64,000 nt of DNA. Source: Vermamoeba vermiformis. Lineage: Eukaryota. Shown here in pieces: positions 11,401-24,941 of this stretch (within the stretch, counting starts at the first letter, position 1; each line of letters begins with the position of its first letter). A program made the translations under genes and the position numbers. A model generated the notes under the pieces. That model searched no databases. It saw only the letters and a list, made by a program, of their open reading frames with translations, and had not been told where the DNA came from. Where the stretch lies: contig JBEWZL010000166.1 in the NCBI GenBank assembly GCA_045837725.1, positions 186,001 to 250,000 on the forward strand, in the 5' to 3' direction.

Positions 11401-14155
11401 GGAGGCTACGGAACAATGGTCTGCTGACAAGAAAGACCCTACTGAACAATGGACAGCCCCGAGCACCGAACAATGGCCAGCTGACAAGAAGCCAACTGAG
11501 CAGTGGACAGCTCCCACTGCCGAGCAATGGCCTGCCGATAAGAAGGACGCCACTGAGCAGTGGACAGCTCCGCGCACAGAACAGTGGCCTCAACAGCCTG
11601 GCAGACCATCCATGCCACGAGCACTCGCTGCACCTAGCGCCCCAAGCATGCCTAACAGAGCTCCCATTACGCCCGCTGCAGCTGCTGCTCCGCCTCCTCC
11701 TCCACCCACGGACCAGTGGACTAAAGATTCACCGAAGCGAGACTCCAGAACCAGAGCAGACACTTGGAGTGAAAAGAGCGACAGGCTCAAGGATTATATC
11801 CCTCCAAAGACAGATGCAACCGTAATGGCAGCCACCGCTGAATCACCGCCCACGGGCAGATTGCAGATCTCAAAATCGCGCGAAAATCTCAGCACTTCCC
11901 CGTCGAAGGATTGGTACGGACCTAAAAAGGCCGCAGTTGTCACTGCAAAGCGAACGACAAATCAAAATATCTTTGTCGCCACTGCGAGACAAGGCGGTGA
12001 CAGTCCTCCCAAACGTGACTCGTCACCCAACCGCAAAAACCGAAAATCAAGCAAGGGCGAGAAGCGTGAAGAGCTTGTGGGCAGTGGAAGCTCGCCACGA
12101 CGTGATTCGGTCACTAACCGACCTGAAGAGCTCAAGACTGAAGAGGACAAAGCACTGAAGCGCCGCAAGAGTGCCACTGGATTCAGCAAAATCAAGAAGA
12201 CAAAGGAAGAAAAGCTCTCAGACTTGTTTGATCGGTTACGCGAGGCTTATGAAAACGAAGATGAAGAGCGAGCGCTTGAACTCAAGGTCGAAATTGATTC
12301 ACTGAAAGAGACTATCATCAAGAAGGAAGAAAAGGAGAAGAAAAAGAAAGAGAAGGAGAACTTGAAAGAGAAAGAGAAGGAAGAGAAAGAGAAAGAAAAG
12401 CTTGCCAAGGCTCAACAGCGTAACTTGAAGAAGTCCGACAAGGAAAAGACCACTCCTCAACCCGAAGACCCTGCAGTCCAGACCACTGACGACAAGTGGC
12501 AGAAGCTCAAGTTGAAGAAGCGCAAGTCGAGCTCGAGTGGCAAAAGCAAGAAGGTTGTGAAGAACATTGGCCTCCCGTTCAACTTCCAACACCACGTGCA
12601 CGTTGACTTCAACAGCGAGCAAGGTCTGATTGGTCTGCCCTCTGAATGGATCGCCAAGTTGAAGGGTGTCGGTATTACCGAAAATGAAGCCAACAACGAC
12701 ATGGAAGCTACCATTGGTGTCCTCAACTTCCACTCGCAGTACATGGCTCAACAACAGAACCAAAGCCAAGACGTCGTTTCTCCACGTTCAGACTCCGACG
12801 AGAACAACCCCTTGGAGGTGCCAAACAGCCCAAGCGCAGAGTCCAAATGGCCTCAAGAGACGGGCAAATGGCCCCAAGAAACTGCTGAAAAGCCGACCAA
12901 CACAAATCAACCGCCAGTGCAGCCAGTGGACATCAAGGTCCCTGTCAAAGATGAGCCTGTCGCCACTGCAGAGCCACCGAAGACCACCGAGACCAAGGTT
13001 GAGAAGAAACCGTCCGTCAAAGAGCTGCCCAAACAAGCTGATCCTAACGACGAAAGTACCTGGGCTGCTACCGACCAAGAAATGATCGCTAGCAACATTG
13101 ACCTGTTGAACCAAGTCGAAGAACTGCCAGCAACGAAGATTGTTTCTATCGACGACATTGCCAAGCGTGAAGACCCTCGCGGCAGGTTCCAAAAGTTGCA
13201 AAAGATCGGAGATGGTGCTTCGGGTACCGTATACATGGGCTACGATGAAAGTGGCAGGAAGGTTGCCGTGAAAAAGATGAAGTTGAACGCGCAGAACTTG
13301 AATCTCGTGCTCTCGGAGATTGACATTATGCGCAACAGTCCTCATCCCAACATCATTTCTTTCATTGACGCCTATGTCACCGACAAAGAGCTGTGGGTCA
13401 TTATGGAGTACATGGACGGTGGCTGCCTCGCCGATATTCTCGAACAGTTTGAAGAGAACTTGCGCCTGACTGAACCTCAGATCGCCAACATTTGTCTCCA
13501 AACTCTCAAGGGCTTGATGTTCTTGCACAGCAAGCATCGTGTGCACCGCGACATTAAGAGCGACAACTTGCTGCTCGGCATGAACGGTGACGTGAAGTTA
13601 GCTGACTTTGGTTACGCCACGCAATTGACACGTGAGCGTCAAAAGCGTCAAACAGTCGTCGGCACACCGTATTGGATGGCTCCTGAAGTAATTCGAGGCA
13701 ACAAATACGATACTAAGGCAAGTAGTGCTTGATTTGTAAATTGCAACGCGCGGGCCGTGTAGCTAACGATCTCGTTATGACAGATTGACATTTGGTCCCT
13801 CGGAATTATGTTAATGGAAATGGCTGAAGGAGAACCACCATACATGGACCACCCACCTCTGCGCGCGCTGTTCTTGATCACAACTAAGGGCATTCCTCCG
13901 CTCAAAGAAGCCAACAAATGGTCGCCAGAAATGCAAGATTTCCTCGCCAAGTACGTCACGTGTCATTTATTCGTTGAAATATCTCTAACACGCGGTGACA
14001 ACAGGTGTCTCACTAAGGACCCAACTGAGCGACCCACTGCTGAGGACCTGCTCAATCATCCGTTCTTGAAGAAGTCTGGTCCTCCTTCGTGCATTGACGC
14101 GCTGATCCAAGACGCGATTAAACTGCGCAAGGAACGCATGTTAGCTTTTTGGTAA
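8412..14155 (+). CDS. COE/EBF-like DNA-binding domain + IPT/TIG + ankyrin + EQW repeats + CRIB + PAK/STE20 kinase fusion
   Basis: Exons 8412-8449, 8568-8696, 8928-9134, 9187-9380, 9444-9570, 9621-9678, 9723-10069, 10128-13717 and two 3' exons. CRIB IGLPFNFQHHVHV; kinase HRDIKSDN, DFG, GTPYWMAPE. One extra base near 9133 must be assumed. Confidence 0.85.
10799..11590 (+). repeat. Coding tandem repeat (T/A)EQW(S/T/P)ADKK, about 25-30 Trp motifs
   Basis: Visible in the translation and as degenerate GARCARTGG repeats in the DNA. Confidence 0.9.
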
Positions 14156-14477
14156 TTTGACTCTAAATTTGTAATTAATTGTTTTGTGCGTGCATTTATT
14201 TATTGCAATAAAATGTAAAATAGCTTTTGAACTCTTGCCGCTGAGTGAACTTATCGTGCTCCTTTACATTTACGATGACAAAAGATTTGTCCATCAACCA
14301 CATGCGACTAGTGTAGCGAATGGACTATAACAAAATGAAATTGAACGATTTGGGTAATTTGTGGAGGACCTGTCAAAAAAATGTCATTCCGCGTTGTTGC
14401 TTAATTTTTATTGTTTATTTCAACCAAGCTTACAATTGTACGACCAGCGTTCATTTGTTATATATTAATAATTAGAA

Positions 14478-16575
14478 ATGGGTTGTTTTGGCTCTAAATC
14501 AAGCGGTGGAGATCATACCGCGGAGAATGGAGGAGAACCCAAAATCAGATCGAGAGCAACGATCCAAAACCTCCAACAATGCCGTATCAGCCGTCTTATT
14601 AGGCTTACAAGGTTGCGGCAAATCTACAATCAGAAAACAACTTCAGGTATGGAACACTATTAAATCTGTCAAAATTGCAACTGTAATTGCTGCGTATCTT
14701 TAAAATTCATACAACTTATGACACGTTTGGTATTTCCTGGTTTTACCCTCTATATTTGCTATTATAGCTGGGACTTTCACATTGCAATTCCGGCCGGGAT
14801 GCGACCGTTTTTTTTTTTTTGCATTACCAAATATTAGTTATTTTATCTCTTTCATACCAAAACGTGACATATTTAATTTACTGGGTGCATATTTTAATGG
14901 TTGACGCTGAAAAAATCGAATATTTCGGATGACAGTGTCAAACAAATTAACGAAGATTTTAATTCGTATTATCCCAAATCCACACGGAGATAAGATATAT
15001 GTTACAAATGTTTTTAGGTCCCGAATTTATCGATTTTTCCGCAACGGAAGTGTTGACACAGAATCCAGCAAATCTGAACCGTTTCTCCGGTTCATTGCAA
15101 TATAGTCTTTACACATTTAAAAATTAATGGGAATCATATGCTTATTTTAATCACCACTTTAATGTAATACGATGCTAATCGGTTAATTTTGTACAGCTCA
15201 TCTATGGAGGCACGTTTACAGTAAACGAGTTGGAAACATACAAAAACATCGTTATTATGAACTTGATTCAAGTTACCCAACAAGTAAGTTAAAACTCCTA
15301 TTTAGCCGTGATTACTAATGATATCGGTTCCAAATTTAAATTGTCATGATTCCGCCGACAATAGAATTACTTGGGTCAACATTAATATACTAAATGGATT
15401 ATTTTATACGTATATTTGATTATATTAAACTCACCTTGAACTGAAAAACAGATCTTGCAATACGCTAAAAAACAACAAGAAACTGAAATTGATGCTGAGT
15501 AAGTATTAGCGCATTATTAGTAAAATATCGATACTCGTTGATTTATGTTGTTTTCGCGCTTAATCTACCGGTAACACTCGAGTAACTTTAAATTACTATT
15601 TTAGGACGGATAGTTGCAAAATGCTGTTGGGTATCACGAACGTTTATGACTTTACTATTACACCTGAGGTCGTAGCTGCTTTGCAACAAGTCTGGAAGTA
15701 CAAACGAGTAAGTTGCGGCCATAACAATAATAATCAGTTCCGGATCTAACTGAAAATTCTAGGCACACGAGCTTATCGATGTGGCAGTGAAAGAAGACAT
15801 GAAACCAGCTGCTAACTACTTTAAAGAACATTTGAATCGAGTATTTGCCCCTGATTACATGCCCACTGAAATGGATGTGTTGTTAGTCCGTCAAAGAACA
15901 GCAGGCATCAACGCCATTGACTTTGAAATGGAAGGCAAGGACAAGAAGAGCGATTCGAAGAAGAAAATTCACCTCGTCGACGGAGGTGGTCAATTGGCTG
16001 AACGACGCAAGTGGAACACGTACATCAATGAGAACAACACCGTCATCTACGTGATTGGTATCGATGAGGTACGGCAACTAATGCTCGAATTAACTCAACT
16101 GATGCGTATACTAATGATGCCTCGCACTTAGTACGATGTCCCTGCAGCCGACAAAGAAAACAAAGTTACAACGCTAGAACACTCGCTCGAAATCTTGGAG
16201 CAGACACTGACGTACTGCAAAGAGAACAACAAGCCCGTCATTGTCTTCTTGAACAAGACTGACTTGTTTGCTGCCAAGCTCAAAAAGGTGCAGTTCTCGA
16301 CCTTCTATCCTGACTGCAAGGCCGGTGGTGAGTAACTCACTTTGACACGTGTCAAGTCCCGACTGACATTTGTGACATGTTTAGACACAGACCCTGAAGT
16401 CGGCAAGAAGTTCCTCGAAGAGAAGGTGACAGCAATTGCCAAGAAACACAACTGCGACAACTTGTACACGTACTTGACGTGCGCTCTGGACCGAGACCTC
16501 GTCAAGCGTGTGTTCGAATCAGTGCGCGATCACCTCGTCACCACACTGATCAACACTAACTTCGGCTTCGATTAA
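14478..16575 (+). CDS. Heterotrimeric G-protein alpha subunit (divergent)
   Basis: MGC myristoylation/palmitoylation start, LLGLQGCGKST, RQRTAGI, DGGGQLAERRKW, FLNKTD, TCALD; apparent extra base at 14541-14544. Confidence 0.9.
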
Positions 16576-16737
16576 TCGAGCTCGTTAGGTTTCAGCTTTT
16601 AATTTATTTACTGAAATTATTTATGTTCTGTTTATAATACTGATACTTATATTATTTAATTCCGATCTCAATGCACCGCTCCTTGTAAGAGACTTCTAGT
16701 GTACAATAAATACTTATTACTTTATGTACATGCCGCA

Positions 16738-18084
16738 CTATCGGTCGCGCGTCAAGTGTGACAGAATGACACCTGTCGCAACACTCACGTTCAGTGAATC
16801 TAATCGTGCTGCTTTCATATTGACGTGTTGACGCGTGGGAATGGTGATTAATTTGTCGCAAAGATCTCGCACTCTGTTCGCCATGCCTCGTCCTTCATTG
16901 CCTAATTTAGTAATGTTAGGTGAGGGCCTCTTAACTGATTACAGTCACTTACCTAAGATTAAAATCGTGGGCTGTGTGAGTGACACGTCAAACACAGACT
17001 GCACACCGGTCTCGCCCTCACTCGCCGTGCCTACAATGCTCCAGCCATTCGCTTTGCTTTGCTTGAATCACGTGATCAGCACTGCAACTAGTCTGGTGAC
17101 AGCACTTACCTTCAGAAATCGTTCAAAGTGCCCAGCTTGATGTACGGGCAGTAACTCCAAGGCTCCAGCCGAGGCCTTAGACACAACTGCGCTTAGAGGA
17201 CACGTGTCCTTATGTCTAAATATAGTAATTCGTGTGTCAGTATTCATTCGTTGAATCTGTTTTAGTGAAACAACTCACGGCACAACCACGCCATCCACAC
17301 CAAAATAGGCGCAACTTCTCAGAACCGCTCCAAAGTTCTGCGGATCTTGCACGTGATCGAGTGCAATCCAGAGCGGAGATTGCGCGGAGATTGAAGTGTC
17401 GTGTGGGTGCATGAAGTCGATGGGCACAAACTCGAGCGGCGAGACTTGCAACACCACGCCCTAAATGCTACTGTTAGCGTTAGCCCCTCAATAACATCAA
17501 CGGTACGTACTTGATGCGCACCGTTGTTGGTCAGATTGTTGAGCTCACTGCGCGTCACTCTGATTGGCTCGTGCGTGGTGATCTTTGTGAACAGATCTAC
17601 CACTTGTTGCTTCTCTTTTCTGCACGTGATTAGTATTGTACTAATGATGTGGATATCACGCACTTCTCCTCTACTGTGCGCTGATCACTCTCTTCTTTGA
17701 CAAACAGTTTGAAGATTTGACGGCGCTTGGCCTCCAATGCTGCAAGTACTGGTTGCGTGCCATATACTACTGTGACATTGCTAGTATTGTCGTGATTGTA
17801 GTCTCGATCTATTCGGCGATAATGATCTCTGCGCTTGTAATCGTTGTCTCTGGGCCTTTCTGTGGCGTGTTAGTTAGATCTGCTGTTGTCCTCGCGTTGA
17901 GTGATTTTTAAAAATTAAGCAGAAACGAATAATTAATGTACTAATATCATTCATTACAATTCCTACCGTTATAATTTTTTCTGTAAGACAGAGATCGAGA
18001 AGGTTGAACGACTTGAGTAGTGCGTCTAACGGCAGCATAAATGCGCGTTATAGATCGCATTGAATGACACGAGAAGAGTGACAT
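16738..18084 (-). CDS. SpoU/TrmH rRNA methyltransferase, mitochondrial (MRM1-like)
   Basis: LDHVQDPQNFGAVLRS, SKASAGALE, GNEG, DSLNVSVATG; presequence-like N-terminus. Confidence 0.9.
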
Positions 18085-18342
18085 TATATAGTCCCAATAT
18101 CTTGGTGAGATGTTGTGACACGATCTGCAACAATGGTAAAGTAAGAACACGAACACCAAAGAAGCTCGTTTAATATTTCTTTGCGCTTTCGGGCCTTTAA
18201 TTGCTAATTCAAGCACCGAATATGTATGCACTTTTTGCTATAGTAGGTTAATCAGGGGCGAGAGTTCAGTACAAGTCCAGTTCCCAAACAAAATCAATTC
18301 ATTACTGTTTGATCTGCACTGTACAACAGCGCATTACATGAA

Positions 18343-20530
18343 ATGAGTAAGCGCAGTTTAGCTAAGAGTAGAGATAAGGCTCCAGTCACTAAGGAGGAAC
18401 CTGAAAAGCCCAGCACAAATGGCACATCCCCTACACCGCCCACCACTGAAGCAATTGCAAAGCCTGAGCAGCACGCGCATCATTCCCATCACCACAGACA
18501 TCCTGTCAGGCACCATAACTATGCCGTGCATCGTGTAGAGGCACATTCGCCATTGTCTTCCGAAAGTCCAGAACAAAATTTTCGTGGATTTTTTAATTTA
18601 GCCGGGATTATTTTAGTAAGTATGCAATTAATCAATGTCAATCATATCTAAATATTCAAAATTTCTCGTTTGAAAATTAATACGAATTAATTGCAATTCA
18701 TTAATTTTTATTTTGTGAAACTGTGGCTACGCGTGCTTATATAGACTTATTAGGTTGTAAATAACTTGCGACTCGTCATTGAAAATCTGCTCAAGTATGG
18801 TTTGCTGATCAATATGAATGTTATCAACCACTACATTGATTGGATAGATCTGTCTTGGACCTTAAGTAAGATTGCACCCGATCGATCAGTAATCTTTGCA
18901 ACCGTTCAATAACACACCATATATAGCACTGCCCGTGTTCATTGGCTATGTCGTTGTTCTTCGAACGCCTTGTGTACCAGAAGCGGATCACAGAGAAACA
19001 AATGAACTGGCTCAGCATGCTCAACATTTCATCGCTGCTAATTATTCCAGCGTCAATTATCAGATCAACGAACACGAACCCTGGTGAGTCTTAAAGTCCT
19101 ACTTAAGCACATCGAGTACTGACTAGTGGATGCACTCAGCTTCGGGCATCATCGTGCTCATGTTGACAGTGATCGTGTGGATGAAACTCGTGTCGTATTG
19201 TGTGGTCAATAAGGAGAACAGACGACTGCACTTGTTGGGCAATACGTATCATGAAGGTAGGAGAATTCTGGTCCCTGCTAATATATATTGACTGTGGTGT
19301 TAGAGCTGGAAGGAGTGGATCCCAAGGACTTGGTGACCTATCCCAACAATTTGACCGTGAAAAGTATCCTTGCTACAATTATTCGTTAATATAACACATG
19401 TCACTGCTAGTTATGAGCCTTAACTGTGACACGTGTCAAGACCTGTCATATTTCATTGCAGCACCCACACTCTGTTATCAAATGAATTACCCGCGCTCCA
19501 AGTCCATTCGCTGGTATTGGCTCACTGGCAAGTTCTTGCAGTTTGTAAGTGTCACGTGCCATAACTTTAATCACGTGCTCCATGCTGACCTCTTGACAGA
19601 TCTTCTTCACGAGTCTGATGGTGTTCATGACCGAGCAGTACGTCAATATGCCTCAATATATTCGAATAGAATAGTAATGTATTCGATGCACAGGTACATC
19701 ACGCCCACCATTCGCAACTCGGTGCACATGGTCAATGCCTCACGCAATGTGGTGTGGATGTTGTCTGAGCGCCTGTTGAAACTCTCAGTAAGTCGTGCTG
19801 ACTTCAGTTTGACACGTGTCAACGGACTGACACTCCGCTTAGATTCCGATGTTGTTTGTTTGGCTCTTGGGCTTCTATTCTCTTTTCCATTTATGGTTAA
19901 ACATCCTCGCTGAACTGCTCAAATTCAGCGATCGATCGTTCTACAAGGACTGGTGGTAAGTGCTACTGCCATTACACTCTAGTGTTGGTTGTTCAATCAG
20001 TCAATTAGGAACTCTACCACACTCGACGGTTATTGGCGCAATTGGAACTTGCCCGTGCATCACTGGCTGTTACGACACTTGTATTATCCGTGCATGCGCG
20101 CAGGCATCAACAAGTACCTCGCTGGCGCTCTTATTTTCTTCGTGTCAGCGGTCTTTCATGAAGTACGGTGATTGGCATCTCGTAGAATATTTGCAACGAT
20201 TAACCCCTTGGCCAGATTATTGTCAGCATTGCACTCCACACATTCAAGTTGTGGTTCTTCTTGGGCATGTTTTTGCAGGTAAGTTAGTTGCTTGTGTGGT
20301 GTGGTGGTCTCATTTTGACACGTGTCACATAGGTGCCTATGATCTGGTTCGGGCGATTGTTCCCTCAAAACTCTCAAATGGGCAACATTAATTTCTGGTT
20401 CAGCTTTTGCATTGTTGGTCAGCCAGCCCTCGTGTTGCTGTAAGTCACGTGCTTGTTCTAGGATATTGATACTAATGTGGCTGCTAGGTACTACTACGAC
20501 TACTATCAACGCGCATATCACGAGCAATGA
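18343..20530 (+). CDS. DGAT1: Diacylglycerol O-acyltransferase 1 (MBOAT)
   Basis: SPLSSE, NFRGFFNL, NLRLVIENLLKYG, APTLCYQ, FYKDWWN, WNLPVHHW, SAVFHE; U12-type intron 19364-19440; apparent extra base near 18944. Confidence 0.95.
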
Positions 20531-20597
20531 AGAGAGTCGTGTACAATACTGATGTATCAAATAACACTAATATATTTACAGCTAGTCGAGGGTACAA

Positions 20598-21850
20598 TTA
20601 TTGTTCGAGCAGTTGTTCAATTGTGAATTCACTGAACGACTTCAATCGGTCCAAGTGTGCTTGTGAAGCGGACACGTCAAAATTAGGCTGCCACAGATCT
20701 TTGAAAGATTGACAGGTGTCATTTGGGGGTCCGTGCGCAACAGAAACAATATGATCCTAAATATGGTTAATTGGCAATGCGTAATAATGAAATGCAGCAC
20801 TCACTGTGACACGATAGATATTGAAGAACCAATCACCGCGTGACACGTGTTCGATCTTCACTGTGGCACGTGCTGTGAGTGTACTGTTGGGACTGACACT
20901 TGTGACAGGTGTCAAAGTGAATTCTGCACGCTGTAGATCAAATCCTAGTCCAATGCTGATCAATTATTAGCTCGAGACCTTGATTTGACACGTGTCAAAC
21001 AGACGTACCCAAGCGCTTTGATGAGTGACTCTTTCAAGGTCCAAAATGTCGCGAACAATCTCATGCGATCTCGATCGTCCACACCTGCACGAATCTGTTG
21101 CCATTCATGAACGGTGAAGCAGTTGCTCATCAAATCAAAATATTCCTCGACTGCTGCGGAGTTAGCTAGCTTTCGATTGCCAAATATGGTAACAAACCCG
21201 AAGTGCGCGGCAGTTCCACATTCATGACGTCCACACCGACGAGCACGTGACAGTCAGCTGCGAGCACGACGAGCTGATGATGGTGCGACACATTGAAGTT
21301 GAAGTTGCTCGGCTATAATTATCACTGATCAGTACAGTACTGTTGCCTAATATAGTGAATGAGTCGTACGTGTTTGAAGTGTGTTTTGCGCTCTTTGGTC
21401 CGTTCAATATGCACAGCACTGTACGGCACGTGTAGCCGTTCATGAATGAGTTTGCGCGTCAACAACAACCCAGCCAATGAGAGCTTGGCATCGTTGTTGT
21501 CTTTGCCTGTTAATGTCCTCTTGTCTGGCGTGTAACGAATAAATCTAGCGAGGAAATTGAAAATAATTAAATTATTAATTAGAATAATATTCAATAAATT
21601 CTCTATCACTGCCTTTCGTCTCATCTCGTTGTTATCTATTCTCGTTATATTGTCACGTACTTTGATATTCGTACTCTCTCGTGCTCTGGTACTAATTGAT
21701 TCGCTTGTGCCCACTGCGCATCTGTTGGCTGCCACTGCGAGACATCAAAGTACCACCCAAGCGGTGTATCATCTAGTGAATGTATGAGATAATATGTAGT
21801 GATTATCAGTGCTATAATGCTATTGTACCTGCGAGTTGTGGTGTTTCCAT
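20598..21850 (-). CDS. 4'-phosphopantetheinyl transferase (AASDHPPT/Lys5-like)
   Basis: FNFNVSH, VGVDVM, FWTLKESLIKALG, GLGFDLQRAEF motifs. Confidence 0.9.
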
Positions 21851-21935
21851 CAAGTAAATACTAAGAAAGTAATAGTTATTAAAGTACCGTTTTGGTTGTT
21901 TTATTCCGCACAATAATACTGCTACATATATAAAT

Positions 21936-23987
21936 TTATGCCTTAGTGACCTCTTCAACGTGGTGTTGAATCAGATCGTACAATCGCTCCACGTGTTGCT
22001 GTTGAGTGGTGGCAGATCCAATGGCAATGCGAATGAAGTACTTGCCCGACATTAGGACGTGCGTTAAATACACTGCCCCTCGCTCGTTCAATCGTTCCAA
22101 CAACTAGGCATGACAATCAGTCACTGCGCAGCATATGAGCACGCATTACGTACCAGTTTGGTCTTGTCGTCCGAGTCGCGGATGCGGAACAATATGAGCG
22201 ACAAGGAGCGCGACAGTACTTCAATGCGCGCATCAGCTCGCAACTGCTGCTCGAGGGTGGTGGCAAGTGTCACGTGCTGACGAATGTACTGCTGCAGACC
22301 CCGCACACCGTAGCTGCGGATCACGAACCATAACTTCAACGCGCGGAATCTTCGGCCGAGCTGCACGTGCCAGTCTAAATATGGTAATGGTGAATGCCGT
22401 TCACTGAACGATGACTAAATATGGTAATGTACCTTTGAAGTCAGTGGCACCGCCCTCACTAGCCTTGTTGCGGAGATATTCGGGCAGTACGGCCATTGAC
22501 GCTGTCAACGACTTCTTGTCGCGCACCCTGCAAGCATTACCAAATTAGGAAATCATTCGCTGCATTGTCTAATTAGGCAAGTACGTACCACATGCACGAG
22601 CAGTCAAAGTTGACCAAGAGCCACTGTACAAAAGTGTCAAACAGAGGTCTCAATAGATTATGTCTAAATAAGGTAATATATCCATAAATAGTCATGGGTC
22701 ACTTGCCTTATGCGGATTGAAGTTGAACGAGTCCAGTGTCTCAGTGCCAGTCACGCGGAACTCGGGACAAATCATCGCACTGCCTGCCCACGCGGCGTCA
22801 AGGTGGTGCCACATGTCTGTCAGTGTCAGTCGCGCGCAGGGCAGTGTTTGACACGTGTCACTTACTGTACTTGCGCGCAATCAGGCCAATCTCTTGCACG
22901 GGATCGACAGCACCGCAGCCCGTAGTGCCGACACAACTCACCACGCAACTGGGCCACAGTCCTGCAGCAATGTCTGCCTAATTAGGTAATGTGTCAGTGA
23001 TCACGTGACTGGAGCACACCGTTCATGAACGCACTTGAATGGTCTGTTCGAGCAGGGCAGGATCAATCGCGTAGTTGTGTGCCGCATCCGCGACGAGAGG
23101 TCTGAAGTTGGGCAGTGGAATTCCTGCAATGATTAGCGCGCGCTTGATCGATGAGTGTGTCTATATTTGGAAGTCGGTGAATACTCGCAATGTTAGGGTG
23201 ACACGTGTCAAAGCGAGGCCCGTACCTGATCGGAACAATACACCACTACACGCTGCGCTACTGTCGCGTCTTGTTGCGCATCGAGGCCGTGTTGTTCCGC
23301 TGTTCTATATTTAGCTGCCAACACCGCGCAGAGCACCGAGTCAGAGGCAGTGTTTTGAATGACACCACCGCCCGTGCCACTCGTCGACAAGAAGAAGTCA
23401 GGCAGCGCTAGCATCTGCACGAGCCAGTCGAGCATCACTTGTTCGAGTTCAGTCAGCGCGGGTGAGGTGATCTGCCGCGTTCAGTGAACGGCTGGTCAGT
23501 ACGAAGTGGATCTGACGCGCTGTTGTACGTACCCACATCATGCCTTGTTGCCCGAGACCAGCGGATAATAACTCGCCCAATATGCCGGGGTAAGATCCGT
23601 TTGAGGGGAAGAAAGCGAAGAAATTAGGACTCTGCCAGTGCGTCAGATGTGGCATTACAATCGCTGTACGATGAATGAGTACCGCGTATAATGCATATAT
23701 ATTGCACTTACTATCAATGTCCTTGCGAATCAAGTCCCAGCTCTGCGCATCTAAGAAGTTTCGGCGTTAATTTCAATTTGTAAATACACGTGCCATTAAT
23801 AGGTTGATATTATCGTCCTATTAATTATAAATATGGTACCTTGAGGTGGGGAAGGAGGCAACAGTTTTTTCACGTCGTTGGGCTGAATATTTGTGTTGCG
23901 CACTGGCTGCTGCTCGATCGAGCTCATGTAATCAGCGATAAAATCAATGAGCTCGTGCCCTGCCTTGCGAAACTGTTCTGCGTTCAT
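21936..23987 (-). CDS. DDC: Aromatic-L-amino-acid decarboxylase (group II PLP enzyme)
   Basis: [36 protein letters not shown] (PLP Lys, across a GC-AG intron), [11 protein letters not shown]. Confidence 0.92.
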
Positions 23988-24430
23988 TATGGAGTGTATA
24001 TAGAACTGATAATATGGCGCTCTGTGTTTGTGATAAATGAAACAAACACTAAATAATATGAATCGCGTGTCTCGTTATACTACCACGCTCAATTTGCTTC
24101 CGAAGAACAACAGAAGATAATTTCAGAAGCTTCTTTGGAACGAAGTACACACCTCTCATTGGCGGCGCTGCTTTAGCTGCACTAGTAGAGTGGAATATGC
24201 ATCCATCAATAGTAAGCTGTTAAATAGTCTTAAGACTACATTTGATATCAATCGGCGATGCAAGATCATTCATTGGTGGATCTGGAACTTCAACAGCTGA
24301 TCTCGGTCATTTGAAGATTGTACGACAGGACGCGGTGAAGTATCGTCGCTTTGTGACCTCCAAACTAGTGGTCACTATTCTCGCGTTTCTTGTCGGCGCA
24401 GATCAACTAAAAATTCAAAGCAACGAACAG

Positions 24431-24941
24431 ATGTCATCGAGCAATCTCAAAGAGAAGTTTGAACAAGCCATCAAGGTGCATATTACAGTTCATATCAATA
24501 CACTAGTAGCAGTAATTGAATTGACGTCATGACAATCAGGATGCAGCACCCAAAGAAGTGCCGCGCGGACCAGGCAAAGTAGCGTGGCATGATGAAAATA
24601 ATCAAGGTGCGCGGTGTATATTTAGAGCAGTGCTATTATACAGCTGAGATATAGTATTATAATAATATTGTTGAGGATAATGCAAAAAATCTTGTGAAAA
24701 TATCTCGAGTCAAACTCGCATTCCAACGCAGCTAATAATGTTAATATCGCATATAGTAATTGATACTAATATTGTATTGATATAAGTGATATTATACAGC
24801 TATTACTACCAATAATCATAAGTAATAATAATAATGCTAATTAACGCCCTACCACCAGGTGCCAAGAAAGTTGTGAAGCCAGGACGTCCTAAACCCGATG
24901 GACCACCAGCACCCAAGAAGAGCATTGCAGATCTGCCTTAA
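24431..24941 (+). CDS. Small hypothetical protein (about 63 aa, 3 exons)
   Basis: MSSSNLKEKFEQAIK|DAAPKEVPRGPGKVAWHDENNQ|GAKKVVKPGRPKPDGPPAPKKSIADLP; in-phase GT-AG junctions. Confidence 0.65.

Noticed and set aside
14507-14549. 43-nt GT-AG intron that would repair the G-alpha frame
   Set aside because: Donor GTGGAG is off-consensus and the segment is purine-rich and coding-like with no branch signal; a single extra A is simpler, though the intron is not excluded.
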